64,000 nucleotides of DNA, from the NCBI GenBank assembly GCA_000146045.2, contig BK006946.2, positions 860,432 through 924,431 of the forward strand, written 5' to 3'. Position numbers and translations under genes: made by a program. Below the pieces are notes generated by a model. It had not been told where the DNA came from, did not search any database, and worked only from the letters and a program-made list of their open reading frames with translations. Every line of letters starts with the position of its first letter. Within the stretch, counting starts at the first letter, position 1. This stretch comes from TPA_inf: Saccharomyces. Taxonomy: Eukaryota. Positions 23,701 through 35,284 of this stretch are shown here, in pieces.

Positions 23701-26085
23701 ATACTTGGCGATGGAAAATCGGATAATCAGAACCATTCTATTATATTTTATCGTGGTGAGTATATTCAGGTGATTGATGCAAACCAAGATAATTATTTGG
23801 AGGAATGCCTAAAGATACGGTCTGTTTTAAGTGAGTTCGAAGAGCTTGAGCTTAATCCCACAATCCCATACATTCCTGGCATTGAATATGAAGAAGAACC
23901 ACCGCCCATCGCTATTGTTGGTTCAAGAGAGTATATTTTTTCAGAAAATATTGGAGTGTTAGGTGATATTGCTGCAGGTAAAGAACAGACTTTTGGAACC
24001 TTATTTGCTAGAACGTTGGCTGAAATTGGTGGTAAATTGCACTATGGGCATCCCGATTTTCTCAATGGCATTTTTATGACCACTCGTGGTGGCCTGTCTA
24101 AGGCACAAAGAGGATTGCATTTAAACGAGGATATATATGCTGGAATGAACGCAATCTGCCGTGGTGGAAAGATAAAACATAGTGATTACTACCAATGTGG
24201 TAAGGGTAGAGATTTGGGATTTGGGTCCATCCTGAATTTCACTACTAAAATAGGTGCAGGTATGGGGGAACAGCTACTATCAAGGGAGTACTATTATTTG
24301 GGGACACAACTTCCCATGGATAGATTTTTATCGTTTTTTTATGCACATCCTGGTTTCCATCTGAATAATCTTTTTATTTCCTTTTCGGTTCAACTGTTCT
24401 TCGTTCTGCTTTTAAACTTGGGTGCGTTGAACCATGAAATTATAGCCTGCTTTTACGACAAGGATGCACCAATTACAAATCTTGAGACACCCGTTGGTTG
24501 TTATAATATTCAGCCTGCATTGCATTGGGTATCGATATTCGTACTATCAATCTTCATTGTTTTCTTTATTGCCTTTGCCCCTTTGCTGATTCAAGAAGTT
24601 TTGGAAAAGGGTATTTGGAGAGCAGCTTCAAGGTTCCTACATCATCTTCTTTCAATGGCCCCATTATTTGAAGTATTCGTCTGCCAAGTTTATTCGAATT
24701 CTCTATTGATGGACTTGACCTTTGGGGGAGCAAAGTACATATCTACAGGTCGTGGGTTTGCAATAACACGCCTCGATTTTTTTACGCTCTATTCCAGATT
24801 TGTTAATATATCGATATATTCTGGTTTCCAAGTGTTCTTCATGTTATTATTCGCGATTATTTCCATGTGGCAACCCGCCTTATTATGGTTTTGGATTACA
24901 GTCATTTCGATGTGCTTCGCACCTTTTATTTTCAATCCACATCAGTTCGCATTCATGGATTTCTTCATTGATTATAAAACCTTTATCCACTGGTTATTCT
25001 CAGGTAACACGAAATATCAAAAAGAATCGTGGGCAAACTTTGTCAAGAGTTCTCGATCAAGATTTACGGGCTATAAAAGTAAAACTGTAGATGATATTTC
25101 CGAAGATTCAGGCCATGATTCAAAGAAAGCGAGGTTTTGGAACGTCTTCTTTGCAGAACTATTTCTACCTTTCTGTGTGTTCCTCTTCAACTTCACCGCT
25201 TTTTCTTTCATTAATGCACAAACAGGGGTCTCTGACTCAACACCAACTAGCGCTGTTTTCCGTTTGTTGCTCGTAACTTTTTTGCCAATCTTTCTTAACT
25301 CAATAGTGCTTTTTCTATTATTTTGGGTTTCACTTTTTGTGGTTCCTGGATTGTCATATTGTTGTAAAGACGCAGGTGCCGTGATTGCGTTTATTGCACA
25401 CACTTTCTCGGTTTTGGTCTATCTTTTAGATTTCGAACTGATGTGGTTCTTACAAGGTTGGAACTTTACCCGTACATTGATACTGCTTATTACGTGCATC
25501 AATATGCATCTGATTCTTTTCAAGGTCTTTACGACGATATTCTTGACAAGGGAGTATAAAAACAATAAGGCACATTTGGCATGGTGGAATGGTAAATGGT
25601 ACAATACGGGCATGGGCTGGTCTATCATTTTACAGCCCATACGAGAATACTTCGTGAAGATTATGGAATCTAGTTATTTTGCAGCAGATTTCTTTCTTGG
25701 TCACTTCCTCTTATTTATACAAACGCCCATAATATTGTTACCATTTATCGATTACTGGCATACAATGGTGCTATTTTGGATGAATCCAAGAAGTATTATC
25801 GCGCATAAAAGAATTTTGACTCGAAAGCAGAGAGCATTAAGAAGTAGGATAGTTTCAAAATATTTCTCTCTATATTTTGTGATGCTAGGTGTGCTCCTTT
25901 TTATGCTCATCGCGCCATTCTTTGCTGGTGATTTCGTATCTAGTCCGCAAGAATTGCTGGAAGGCACCCTTTTCGAAGGAATCTTCCAACCTAACAACCA
26001 AAACAACAACGATACTGGTCCAAATGCTCCATCGACAATCCTGACTACAACACCAACTTTACCTACCTTTAGGACTGTCGCATAG
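20728..26085 (+). CDS. FKS3: 1,3-beta-glucan synthase catalytic-subunit homolog (FKS family), 1785 aa
   Basis: Very large multi-transmembrane ORF with FKS/GSC signature regions. The ORF extends 30 codons upstream; the start is placed at MDFMSPKF to give 1785 aa. Confidence 0.85.
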   Translation: MDFMSPKFSLTDVEYPAWCQDDEVPITMQEIREIFVELMDKFGFQKSSMENMYQHLMGQLDSRASRTGAQNALVSLHVSYIGGEHANYRKWYFAAQLDLDEEIGFQNMRLHGKARQRNVKMAKKRGVSIKEQIKQWNEKEQEFINNHPKITLTQEQLEDQTNLKSADYKWKLKMKKLTPENMIRQLALYLLCWGEANQVRFAPECLCFIFKCALDYDISTSSSEKTVKSPEYSYLNDVITPLYEFLRGQVYKKDAKGNWKRREKDHKNIIGYDDINQLFWYPEGFERIILNNGERLVDKPLEERYLYFKDVAWSKVFYKTYRETRSWKHCFTNFNRFWIIHFAPFWFFTTFNSPTLYTKNYIQLLNNQPTPQVRLSVIAFGGTIACLVQILATVFEWGFVPREWPGAQHLSSRMIGLLFCLAINLGPSVYVLGFFEWDVHSKSAYIVSIVQLIIAFLTTFFFAVRPLGGLFRPYLNKDKKHRRYISSQTFTASFPKLTGRSKWFSYGLWVFVYLAKYIESYFFLTLSLRDPIRVLSIMDLSRCQGEYLLGPILCKWQAKITLVLMLLSDLGLFFLDTYLWYIICNCIFSIVLSFSLGTSILTPWKNVYSRLPKRIYSKILATSEMDVKFKAKILISQVWNAIVISMYREHLLSIEHLQRLLFQQVDSLMGDTRTLKSPTFFVAQDDSTFKSMEFFPSNSEAKRRISFFAQSLATPISEPVPVDCMPTFTVLVPHYSEKILLGLKEIIREESPKSKITVLEYLKHLHPTEWECFVKDTKLLSMEKSFLKEAESSHDEDRLEIPDALYDPRSSPLSDHTESRKLPTEDDLIKEKINDLPFSYFGFNSSEPSYTLRTRIWASLRTQTLYRTLSGFMNYSKAIKLLYRIENPSLVSLYRGNNEALENDLENMASRKFRMVVAMQRYAKFNKDEVEATELLLRAYPNMFISYLLEELEQNESEKTYYSCLTNGYAEFDEESGLRKPIFKIRLSGNPILGDGKSDNQNHSIIFYRGEYIQVIDANQDNYLEECLKIRSVLSEFEELELNPTIPYIPGIEYEEEPPPIAIVGSREYIFSENIGVLGDIAAGKEQTFGTLFARTLAEIGGKLHYGHPDFLNGIFMTTRGGLSKAQRGLHLNEDIYAGMNAICRGGKIKHSDYYQCGKGRDLGFGSILNFTTKIGAGMGEQLLSREYYYLGTQLPMDRFLSFFYAHPGFHLNNLFISFSVQLFFVLLLNLGALNHEIIACFYDKDAPITNLETPVGCYNIQPALHWVSIFVLSIFIVFFIAFAPLLIQEVLEKGIWRAASRFLHHLLSMAPLFEVFVCQVYSNSLLMDLTFGGAKYISTGRGFAITRLDFFTLYSRFVNISIYSGFQVFFMLLFAIISMWQPALLWFWITVISMCFAPFIFNPHQFAFMDFFIDYKTFIHWLFSGNTKYQKESWANFVKSSRSRFTGYKSKTVDDISEDSGHDSKKARFWNVFFAELFLPFCVFLFNFTAFSFINAQTGVSDSTPTSAVFRLLLVTFLPIFLNSIVLFLLFWVSLFVVPGLSYCCKDAGAVIAFIAHTFSVLVYLLDFELMWFLQGWNFTRTLILLITCINMHLILFKVFTTIFLTREYKNNKAHLAWWNGKWYNTGMGWSIILQPIREYFVKIMESSYFAADFFLGHFLLFIQTPIILLPFIDYWHTMVLFWMNPRSIIAHKRILTRKQRALRSRIVSKYFSLYFVMLGVLLFMLIAPFFAGDFVSSPQELLEGTLFEGIFQPNNQNNNDTGPNAPSTILTTTPTLPTFRTVA

Positions 26086-26571
26086 GGATAAAAAAAAAAA
26101 GTTATTTTGAGTAGCTGATAAAGCGAGCTGGTGCCTATCATAGCCGGCTCAGACTTTTTATGAATTCACAGGCCAGCCCTGGCTATTCTTTTGCGTACTT
26201 TTAGTTCGATATATTTTCGCGGCTCGCGTTTTGTTTGCTTCTTATTTTACACTGAGTTTTCGTGCCGCAAACGTGGAGATGGGAAAAAGAAAAGTCGGGA
26301 AAATAATGAGAAATTTCTACTTTTGGTATTCCTCATACAGCCTGCGCGGTTTATTAGTAAAATACCCGATAATCCTCGAGGTTTGAAAAACTTTTCCCTC
26401 TACTACTGTTGACACGGATTTTTTTATTTAAGAGGAAAAGTCGTGGTTGTTTTCCTCGAACAAATTAGATATCCATAAATAGTTGTGTCGTTTTATTAAG
26501 CTATTTCAAAATCAGTTTTTATTTTTAAAGTCTGATAAAACAAAAACAACAAACACAGCTAAATCTCAACA

Positions 26572-28251
26572 ATGTTGTTTAAATCCCTTTCAAAGTTAGC
26601 AACCGCTGCTGCTTTTTTTGCTGGCGTCGCAACTGCGGACGATGTTCCAGCGATTGAAGTTGTTGGTAATAAGTTTTTCTACTCCAACAACGGTAGTCAG
26701 TTCTACATAAGAGGTGTTGCTTATCAGGCTGATACCGCTAATGAAACTAGCGGATCTACTGTCAACGATCCTTTGGCCAATTATGAGAGTTGTTCCAGAG
26801 ATATTCCATACCTCAAAAAATTGAACACAAATGTTATCCGTGTCTACGCTATCAATACCACTCTAGATCACTCCGAATGTATGAAGGCTTTGAATGATGC
26901 TGACATCTATGTCATCGCTGATTTAGCAGCTCCAGCCACCTCTATCAATAGAGACGATCCAACTTGGACTGTTGACTTGTTCAACAGCTACAAAACCGTT
27001 GTTGACACTTTTGCTAATTACACCAACGTTTTGGGTTTCTTCGCCGGTAATGAAGTTACTAACAATTACACCAACACAGATGCATCTGCTTTCGTGAAGG
27101 CAGCTATTAGAGACGTCAGACAATACATCAGCGACAAGAACTACAGAAAAATTCCAGTTGGCTACTCTTCCAATGATGACGAAGATACCAGAGTTAAGAT
27201 GACTGATTATTTCGCTTGTGGTGATGATGATGTTAAGGCTGATTTTTACGGTATTAATATGTATGAATGGTGTGGTAAATCTGACTTCAAAACTTCTGGT
27301 TATGCTGATAGAACTGCAGAATTCAAAAACTTATCTATTCCTGTTTTCTTCTCTGAATACGGTTGTAACGAAGTAACACCAAGACTATTTACTGAGGTTG
27401 AAGCCTTGTACGGTTCTAATATGACAGATGTCTGGTCTGGTGGTATCGTATACATGTACTTCGAAGAGACTAACAAATACGGTTTAGTTAGCATCGATGG
27501 TAATGATGTTAAAACTTTGGATGACTTCAACAACTATTCTTCTGAAATCAACAAAATATCACCAACTTCCGCCAACACAAAGTCTTACAGTGCAACAACA
27601 AGTGATGTTGCTTGTCCAGCTACTGGTAAGTACTGGTCCGCTGCAACAGAATTACCACCAACTCCAAACGGAGGCTTGTGTTCATGTATGAATGCAGCCA
27701 ATAGTTGTGTTGTTTCCGATGACGTTGATTCTGATGATTACGAAACCTTATTTAACTGGATCTGTAATGAAGTCGACTGTAGCGGTATTTCAGCAAACGG
27801 TACCGCCGGTAAGTATGGTGCTTACTCTTTCTGTACACCAAAGGAACAGCTATCTTTCGTTATGAATTTGTACTACGAGAAGAGTGGTGGTAGCAAATCT
27901 GACTGTAGCTTCAGCGGTTCTGCCACTCTACAAACTGCCACCACGCAAGCTAGTTGCTCCTCCGCTTTGAAAGAGATTGGTAGTATGGGTACCAACTCTG
28001 CATCAGGTAGTGTTGATTTGGGTTCCGGAACTGAATCCAGTACTGCCTCTTCTAACGCTTCGGGGTCTTCTTCCAAGTCTAACTCCGGCTCTTCTGGTTC
28101 TTCCAGTTCTTCTTCTTCTTCTTCAGCTTCATCTTCATCTTCTAGCAAGAAGAATGCTGCCACCAACGTTAAAGCTAACTTAGCACAAGTGGTCTTTACC
28201 TCCATCATTTCCTTATCCATTGCCGCTGGTGTCGGTTTTGCTTTGGTTTAA
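26572..28251 (+). CDS. GAS1: GPI-anchored beta-1,3-glucanosyltransferase (GH72), 559 aa
   Basis: Signal peptide, GH72 catalytic domain, Cys-rich domain, Ser-rich stretch and a C-terminal hydrophobic GPI-attachment signal. Recognisable as Gas1. Confidence 0.95.
28066..28146 (+). repeat. Coding serine homopolymer tract (TCT/TCC/TCA/AGT codons) in the Gas1 C-terminal region
   Basis: A run of about 25 Ser codons is visible in the DNA (ggttcttccagttcttcttcttcttcttcagcttcatcttcatcttct). Confidence 0.8.
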
Positions 28252-28520
28252 AAAGCTTCGACACATACATAATAACTCGATAAGGTATGGTATCTTATTT
28301 CATTGTGGGGTAGTTTTTACGAAAAAAATGAAAAGTTGTAAGTATAGTATATATTTTTTTTCTATGTAAGTTTTATAAGATTCTATTCGCTATTACCACC
28401 GGTAAATTAAAAAGAACACTATTGTTACATTATATGTTTTTAAATCATCAAAAAAGACAATATTCATTTAATATTCCTTATAGAACTACTTAACATTGTT
28501 CTTCTTTCTATTAAACGTCT

Positions 28521-31500
28521 TTATGCAAACCATTTATGTACTTTCTCCATAATATCAGCTGGATATCTATTGAAAATTGCCATAGCATCACTAGAAGGCA
28601 AAAATCCCAACAACTTTTTAACTGAACTTATCACCGTTTGGCCTTCCCTTTCGGTCAAACTTCTCTCATTCAAGGCTTGTATGACTGAATCAACTACAGC
28701 GGAGATATTAGATTGAGCACACACAATTGGCGAATTATTTTCAATCAATTGACTCAAAAATTGATAGTTGAATGAGGCAGCTTCTTTGTCAGTTATTGTT
28801 GGTAACGTTTTGAACCAATTAGCCGTGTACGTGTCTACGTTAGGAATGTTGGAATTGTATGCATAAAGAATTTTGGCGATGGCTGCACTGGCATTCTCTG
28901 TTGAAGAACGATTTTCTTCCAGTTTGGAGCCTGGAAAATCGACAATCTGAACAAGTGTATCTAAAGTCGGTATGCAAACGTCAGCATATGTAGATGGAGC
29001 GTATTGGGCACAAACACCGATTATATAAGAAGCAGCTTGGCGAATACGAGCGTCAGGAGAAATCAAGCACTCGGTAACCTTTGGAATAAATGCGTTCTTC
29101 ATGCTAGCAGTTTGTTCGCCACCATATTGAATCAAGTCACCAATCACTACTAATGCAAAAATGACTAAAATTGGTTCATTATCTAAAAGGAATGTGTTTA
29201 TCATAGGCCATATATTCTCCAAATTCTTTAGATAATGACCATTTGTGGTTTTCAAAACGGCCGCGATAGACTTGTTGATTTCATCGAGAAGATCTTCGTC
29301 AGTAAAGTCTTCCTCTTCATCAATATTTTCATTATATTCATCACCATCACCATGGCGATCCTGCATCCTTTCGTAAGTGTCAGTTAAGTTGGCGGAGACA
29401 CCCTTAGTAAATGCCGCTAATTGGTCTTCGCTTAAGCAATTGTCACCCATGACTTTAATACCATTCACTAACGAGTTGTGATAAACTTGCGTGATTTCTG
29501 GCATTGGTTCTGACATTAAGCCTCCGATTAGTTTAGACGAAGCTTTATGCCACAACAATACCAATTCCTCGTTTTGAGTACCGGTGGCTGCAAGTAAACA
29601 AGATAATAGAATAGGAATTAAAGTTGCTCCTGCAGCACGAACACCGTCATGTAGGTAAAAGTCAAGCGATGGTAGAGCTATTTCTTCCATTACTTCTTTA
29701 ACATATACAGCAAATTGGCCTCTTAAAAGTGTCGCATAGCTTTGTAATAGCTCCATTGCTGATACTTTATCGTCAAGGACGGATGTGTGAATAGCAATGT
29801 GTTTTCCCTGAACTTGAACAACATCCCAATCTGGATATTGTTGGAAATTTGCTGCTTCTTCTTCTTCAATTAAACCGACGTCTTGCGTTGCTTTGGCAGT
29901 AATTAGCAGGGGTGGTATAACAATCGGTAACAACGGAACAAAATCATCACCCAGAATTCGGCAAATCCTGCTCCAACTTTGTTCTAAGTATGATCTGAGC
30001 GCATCATCTTCATCGATATCTGAGTTTTGTAAAGCGACCAATATAGAAATCAGCTCTTGAGAGTGCTCATGAAATTTTTCCTTACCAACGGCAAAACCAA
30101 TCAGAGTTGCACATTCCATACATTTACCTTTCAAAACACTATTATCTTTATTGTTAACCTTCAAAACATTTAATAATAATGGCATTAGAGTATCGTAATA
30201 CTTGATAAATTTATTCTTTGCAGCTTCAGCAATAAATGCAATGGTTGTTAGGGCCTGTTCCTGTACGTAAAGTTTGTTGCTTTGTAATAAAACTAATAAA
30301 TTTGTCAATAGACTATCCAAGTAAGGCTCAAGAATATCCTTCGAAGCGAATTCAGAAAAGTTAACCAGAGCCGCTGCGGCGTGCGTTTGAACTCTTGAGG
30401 TGCATTCTGACGTTAGTTTAGATATTAAAGCCGGCAAAATTCTATCGTGTGCAGTTCTTTGAATGAATGGTGAAAAATCAGTAGATATTTGACCCAAAAC
30501 ATTACAACATCCATACTGTACTCTTGGATGAGGATCGTTGATGAGGGGAATTACCATATCCAGGATTTTTGGGATCTCGCCGATCAGAACATCAGCACAA
30601 CCCTCAGCTGCAGAGGAAAGTGCCATCATGGCCGCGAATCTTTCTCTCCATTCGGTTGATGTGATCATTTGCTGTAAATATTGGAACAATGGTGCAGCCA
30701 AATATTCACCACCCAGCTTTAAAGCAACACGATCAAGAGCTTGACGAGCGTGGTCATATGTAACTTCCTCTTCATCATCGGTATCGTCAGATTCTATCCA
30801 TTCTGCTGCATCATCATCATCTATGGATACCTCCGTCATCATGATTAAAGTAACCATCACTAAAGTTTGCCCGTAATTCTGGTTCGATTTACACATTTGG
30901 GGAGCGTTCTCGCTGAAAACGGTTAGCAGTTCGAGTGCTGTGGTTCTTGCTGGAGGTTCTAAATCCTTATTTTTTATAACCATATCAGTGAATTGTATTA
31001 TTTGGTCAAACATATCCTTGAATAGTTTTGGTGCCAATTCCACCAACTCAATTAACGATTCAAAAACTGATGCAAGGGCATCGTCCTTACCATCATCTAA
31101 AAATCTTGGTAAACTATTCAAAAGACTTGGTAATAAAATACCTAACTTGGACCACTCAGATTTTGGTAGTTGCTTAAAATAACCCACGAAAGCCGTAACT
31201 GCAGCAATTTTGACATTATCACTTGCATCAGTAAAGCCTGATTGAAAAATTGGTAAGATACTGTTGATGTCAACAGCGGTAATTAAATAAGGTACAGTCG
31301 TCAAAATTCTAAAACTGGATTCTCTAAAATTTGGGTTACCGCTTTTTAAAGACTCTATTAAAGCTTGTAGTAATTCTGGCCATGCTGGTAAGTCGTCTTG
31401 AACACACTCAGCAATAGCATCAGATAGTTTGTGCCTAATTGAATCAGCTCTTTCCGACAAAAACCCTTTTAACAATGAAGAACGAATTTGTGCAAGAACT

Positions 31501-31790
31501 TCTTTCCTAATATGTGTGATATTTTTGGACATAATCATAAGCTTCGAAGAAGGGGGAGCTTTTAATGCTAATTTTCTAAACAGAACAGCAGATAATGCTG
31601 CAACTGTTGTATCTTGGGAGAAAGCGGCTTGTTCAGCCAAAAAAGTTAAAAGATACTCAATATTGTTTTCGGTAATCCATTCTTCACTAAGAGCCTTCTC
31701 AGCTACAGAACGTATTTGATTGTCAGGGGAAGCAAACGCCTGGACAATCTGAAGTAATGTTCTATTAACTTCTTCCGGTAAAGCAGACAT
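28521..31790 (-). CDS. PSE1: Importin-beta family karyopherin Kap121, 1089 aa
   Basis: HEAT-repeat protein. The ORF has 10 extra upstream codons; the start is placed at MSALPEEVNRTLL to give 1089 aa. Position matches YMR308C. Confidence 0.85.
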   Translation of the reverse strand: MSALPEEVNRTLLQIVQAFASPDNQIRSVAEKALSEEWITENNIEYLLTFLAEQAAFSQDTTVAALSAVLFRKLALKAPPSSKLMIMSKNITHIRKEVLAQIRSSLLKGFLSERADSIRHKLSDAIAECVQDDLPAWPELLQALIESLKSGNPNFRESSFRILTTVPYLITAVDINSILPIFQSGFTDASDNVKIAAVTAFVGYFKQLPKSEWSKLGILLPSLLNSLPRFLDDGKDDALASVFESLIELVELAPKLFKDMFDQIIQFTDMVIKNKDLEPPARTTALELLTVFSENAPQMCKSNQNYGQTLVMVTLIMMTEVSIDDDDAAEWIESDDTDDEEEVTYDHARQALDRVALKLGGEYLAAPLFQYLQQMITSTEWRERFAAMMALSSAAEGCADVLIGEIPKILDMVIPLINDPHPRVQYGCCNVLGQISTDFSPFIQRTAHDRILPALISKLTSECTSRVQTHAAAALVNFSEFASKDILEPYLDSLLTNLLVLLQSNKLYVQEQALTTIAFIAEAAKNKFIKYYDTLMPLLLNVLKVNNKDNSVLKGKCMECATLIGFAVGKEKFHEHSQELISILVALQNSDIDEDDALRSYLEQSWSRICRILGDDFVPLLPIVIPPLLITAKATQDVGLIEEEEAANFQQYPDWDVVQVQGKHIAIHTSVLDDKVSAMELLQSYATLLRGQFAVYVKEVMEEIALPSLDFYLHDGVRAAGATLIPILLSCLLAATGTQNEELVLLWHKASSKLIGGLMSEPMPEITQVYHNSLVNGIKVMGDNCLSEDQLAAFTKGVSANLTDTYERMQDRHGDGDEYNENIDEEEDFTDEDLLDEINKSIAAVLKTTNGHYLKNLENIWPMINTFLLDNEPILVIFALVVIGDLIQYGGEQTASMKNAFIPKVTECLISPDARIRQAASYIIGVCAQYAPSTYADVCIPTLDTLVQIVDFPGSKLEENRSSTENASAAIAKILYAYNSNIPNVDTYTANWFKTLPTITDKEAASFNYQFLSQLIENNSPIVCAQSNISAVVDSVIQALNERSLTEREGQTVISSVKKLLGFLPSSDAMAIFNRYPADIMEKVHKWFA

Positions 31791-32556
31791 AGCGATGGCT
31801 CTAGTTACGGTTGAAATCACGTGTCGTTAGGATAAAGTGGCTTGCAAGCTAATTACTTTTGTTTGGGCTATCTGCCACTTTGATCTACTCAGTCTATTAG
31901 CCACTCGGTATCTGAAGAGCGCCGAACTTCGATCACTGTTATAGCTGTCTATAATACTATAGTGATTATTGGACCGTCTGGTATTAGTATTCCCATTTTT
32001 TTAGTGAATTTCATTTTTCTTTTTTTCCTGGGTAGAAAATGAAAAATTTTTCAGTTTCTGCAAAGAATTGATATCGTGCGTCATGATGATAATACCGATT
32101 TACTGCAGTTCGTACAATTTATTTTTTTTTTTAGAATGTCAAACAGATAGTCCATGATAGGCTATTGGATTATTTATCAACACTCATGATCCATATATTT
32201 TGAGATTATATTTGATGAAGAAATAAAGCGGCATATCATACTTTTCTTAAAGTTTAATAGTTTGTATTATATTATAAAGAGTGTTTACGTAACAAAAAAA
32301 ACTATATATATATTTGCTTATGTGTAATGTACAGTGAAGACGATTAGATTCAAACCCTAAAACTAAAAATAAAGAGATCGCTAAAAGAATCGAAAAAAAA
32401 AAAGATGAGCAATATCAAGAATAAAAAGCAAAAGTGAATATGGTTTATACTCTCCTGCTTAGTTTCCTTCTATATTTTTTGGTTGCTGATGTTATTCTTC
32501 TATCTACAATGATTTTTTGTTAAGAATGCTTTCGAAGTAGTTTTTGATTTTATTGA

Positions 32557-34995
32557 TCAACGACGATTTGATGGTGGGTTAAGACGTTCTTTAGCGATTT
32601 TATATTCTTTGTTCAATTTTACCATTGCTTCTTCCAATTTAGTAATTTCATCACCCTTTTCGACAACAAAGATGGTCTTCTCGTCGTTTAATTTGGCTGG
32701 GATTTCCAATTCTGCGATAACAGATTGCAAAACTTCAACCACCTTATTTTCTGGAAGATCAAATAATTCGGCTAGTTTAGCAACAGAAAAACTTGAATAG
32801 AACCTCTTGAAAGAAAAGAAATAAGTCTTCAAAGATTCAACTTGTACTCTTTCCGTTAAACTATTCAACACCGTTTCCATGTTTGGTAATAAAGCCCAAG
32901 ATTTTATTTCTCTTAAGTATTTAACAGAGTCTCTCCAGTTACCTTTTTGCATTGATTTGGCAGCAAACAAGACATAATCTCTTAAAGTTTCTGGTGGACC
33001 TTGGAAACTTAACTTGTCGTAATGTTCTAAGGAACGACGAATGGATTTTGGAGAGTAAGGAATTCTCTTGACCTTAATACCGGAATAGAAGGCAGTCATT
33101 CTTGGAATTTCGATCAATAAGGAACATGTTAAGAAGACGACATCGATTAAATCGAGATTGATGTGTTGGTGATATGGCAAACATTGTCTAGCACGCTCAT
33201 CAGCTGAAGCATTGTTACTAGAATTGAGAGATATTCTGTGTAGGGATTGTTGGCCCAAAATTTCTCTTAAGTGAGAACTTGACAGAAGATCATTCAAAAT
33301 TTGATGACATTCTTCAATCAAACATAATTTAAAGGCGGATAGACCCAATTGAACAACAACCCTGTTGAATAAAATTTGTAGGGATGAATCGAATTGGTTG
33401 ATATTTGTTTGAACTTGGGAAGTTAGTAACATATCTTTAGCAGTTTGGAAATCTTTGTTTAATGCAGTGTAGTAAATGTTGTATAAAATAGCACGTTTTT
33501 GAACAGCAATGTTGTTTTGCTTGGATAAGATTGTCGATAATCCGTCTATTAAATTGTCGACATAATCAGCAGAATCGAGCTGGTCTTTTGAAGTAAATTT
33601 AGATTTGAATTGAGCAGGTATGATATTCCAAGCAGCAGTTTCCATAATTTTTATCAAATTTTCGGATTTATAGTAGATATGATCCAATCTCTTGACGAAT
33701 GGACGTGTCAATGCTCTTTCTAGGTCGTGTTCATCTTTCAAAGTCGCTTCAAAGTACAATTGAGTTCTTAGGATCAAATTATAGATTGATTGTTCATCCC
33801 TTAAACGGATCAAATAATCACTGGAATGAGGATCGATGTTTAACAGGGATTTCATGAATTCGTCATCTAATCTTTCAACAAATGAGAAAATGGAACCCAG
33901 AATCCTCTTGACACCATCAGAATCTTCTTTAGGTTCATCTTCAATGAAATCGATTGGATCAGCAAATTCATTAACTTGGTAGGTGTCAATTGTCTGGTCT
34001 AAAATAGACAATAATTTACTAATATCGTTGAATGAAGATTTCCATTGATCAATTGGTTGGTAAGATAGGTTAGCTGAGGCATCGAATCTTGATGGAATCA
34101 AAGTCAAATAAGCCATTATGAATTCATATGGTTTTTCAGCTACAGTTAATAACTCCTCCAAAGTAGAAATCAAGGATTGTTGATTGACAGTCTTCTTACC
34201 TCTTGAGTCAATTATTGTTTGTAATCTAGTGAAGAAATCTTCTTGTACCGCTTGGTCATTGCCTTGAGACGAAGAAATTGTGAATCCATTAGCAGAAATA
34301 TCCAAATCTGCGGTTGGTTCCTTATCAAATGATTCAGGATCATTTCTGAATTTAGCCATTGAGTCTTCATTTTCTCTAGAAACTTTCTTGACTCTTTGCT
34401 TTGTAGTGTTATAAGCTCTTGCAACAGCTTTATTCTTCAAATCAGCTTGTTGTGTATTATTCACAGCGTCCTCCACTTGGGCAACAACCTTGATGAAAAT
34501 ATTTGGAGTCCCCCAGTTTTGTTGTTGAGCCCTAACTAAGAGACGCGAGATCAAATCAAACTCATTAGAAATAGTCAACCAGTCATCAGAGTTCTCAGCT
34601 TGAGAGATCTTATTATAAACGTCTTGCATTTCATCCAATAGTTTTTCTTTGGCAGACTTGACTACCTTCTTGCCATCTTCTTCATCGGATTCTTCATCAC
34701 TGGAATCATAGTTAGAGCTTTTCAAAAATTTATTTGAACCTCCACCTTGTTTTCTGAACTCAGATTTCTTGAACCAGTCAGGACCATAAGGCTTTGCATC
34801 AGAATCATCAGAGTCTACATCAGCTTCACTTTCACTTTCACTTTCATTGAAAAAGGAGTCGTCAGATTCTTGGTCCAATTCAGACTCAGAGGAGGAAGAG
34901 CTTAACAAATCTTCTTCAGACGAAGATAAAAGATCTTCTTCGGATGAAGAACTGGCTACATCGTATTCGTAATTAGACGAAAAGAAACGGGACAT
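32557..34995 (-). CDS. NIP1: Translation initiation factor eIF3 subunit c, 812 aa
   Basis: Acidic Ser/Asp/Glu-rich N-terminus and a PCI domain. The ORF has 15 extra upstream codons; the start is placed at [12 protein letters not shown] to give 812 aa. Confidence 0.88.
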   Translation of the reverse strand: MSRFFSSNYEYDVASSSSEEDLLSSSEEDLLSSSSSESELDQESDDSFFNESESESEADVDSDDSDAKPYGPDWFKKSEFRKQGGGSNKFLKSSNYDSSDEESDEEDGKKVVKSAKEKLLDEMQDVYNKISQAENSDDWLTISNEFDLISRLLVRAQQQNWGTPNIFIKVVAQVEDAVNNTQQADLKNKAVARAYNTTKQRVKKVSRENEDSMAKFRNDPESFDKEPTADLDISANGFTISSSQGNDQAVQEDFFTRLQTIIDSRGKKTVNQQSLISTLEELLTVAEKPYEFIMAYLTLIPSRFDASANLSYQPIDQWKSSFNDISKLLSILDQTIDTYQVNEFADPIDFIEDEPKEDSDGVKRILGSIFSFVERLDDEFMKSLLNIDPHSSDYLIRLRDEQSIYNLILRTQLYFEATLKDEHDLERALTRPFVKRLDHIYYKSENLIKIMETAAWNIIPAQFKSKFTSKDQLDSADYVDNLIDGLSTILSKQNNIAVQKRAILYNIYYTALNKDFQTAKDMLLTSQVQTNINQFDSSLQILFNRVVVQLGLSAFKLCLIEECHQILNDLLSSSHLREILGQQSLHRISLNSSNNASADERARQCLPYHQHINLDLIDVVFLTCSLLIEIPRMTAFYSGIKVKRIPYSPKSIRRSLEHYDKLSFQGPPETLRDYVLFAAKSMQKGNWRDSVKYLREIKSWALLPNMETVLNSLTERVQVESLKTYFFSFKRFYSSFSVAKLAELFDLPENKVVEVLQSVIAELEIPAKLNDEKTIFVVEKGDEITKLEEAMVKLNKEYKIAKERLNPPSNRR

Positions 34996-35284
34996 TTTCG
35001 TAGATCTCGGGCTTGGCAGGCTATTGTGTGAAGATTGCAAATATGTGCCTTGTTCTCCTTTTTTTCCTTCTATGCTACTCTACTAACAAGTGCAACTGCG
35101 AACCTGTAGCTAATTTTTCATTCCTTTCAAAGCTCTTTTTCTCATTGAAAAATTTTTCAACGGCGAAAAAAATGCGAAAAAAAAAGCTTGGTCGTTTCCA
35201 ACGAGTAGAGGAAAGTGACAGTAATAATAATGATTGCGTCTCTAATATATACGTACTTATCCATTGCATGAAGGTAATTTGGGA

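Noticed and set aside
27873-28220. 115-aa acidic minus-strand ORF within the GAS1 3' region
   Set aside because: Antisense translation of the Gas1 poly-Ser tract (the complement of TCT/TCC gives GAA/GAG runs); artefact.
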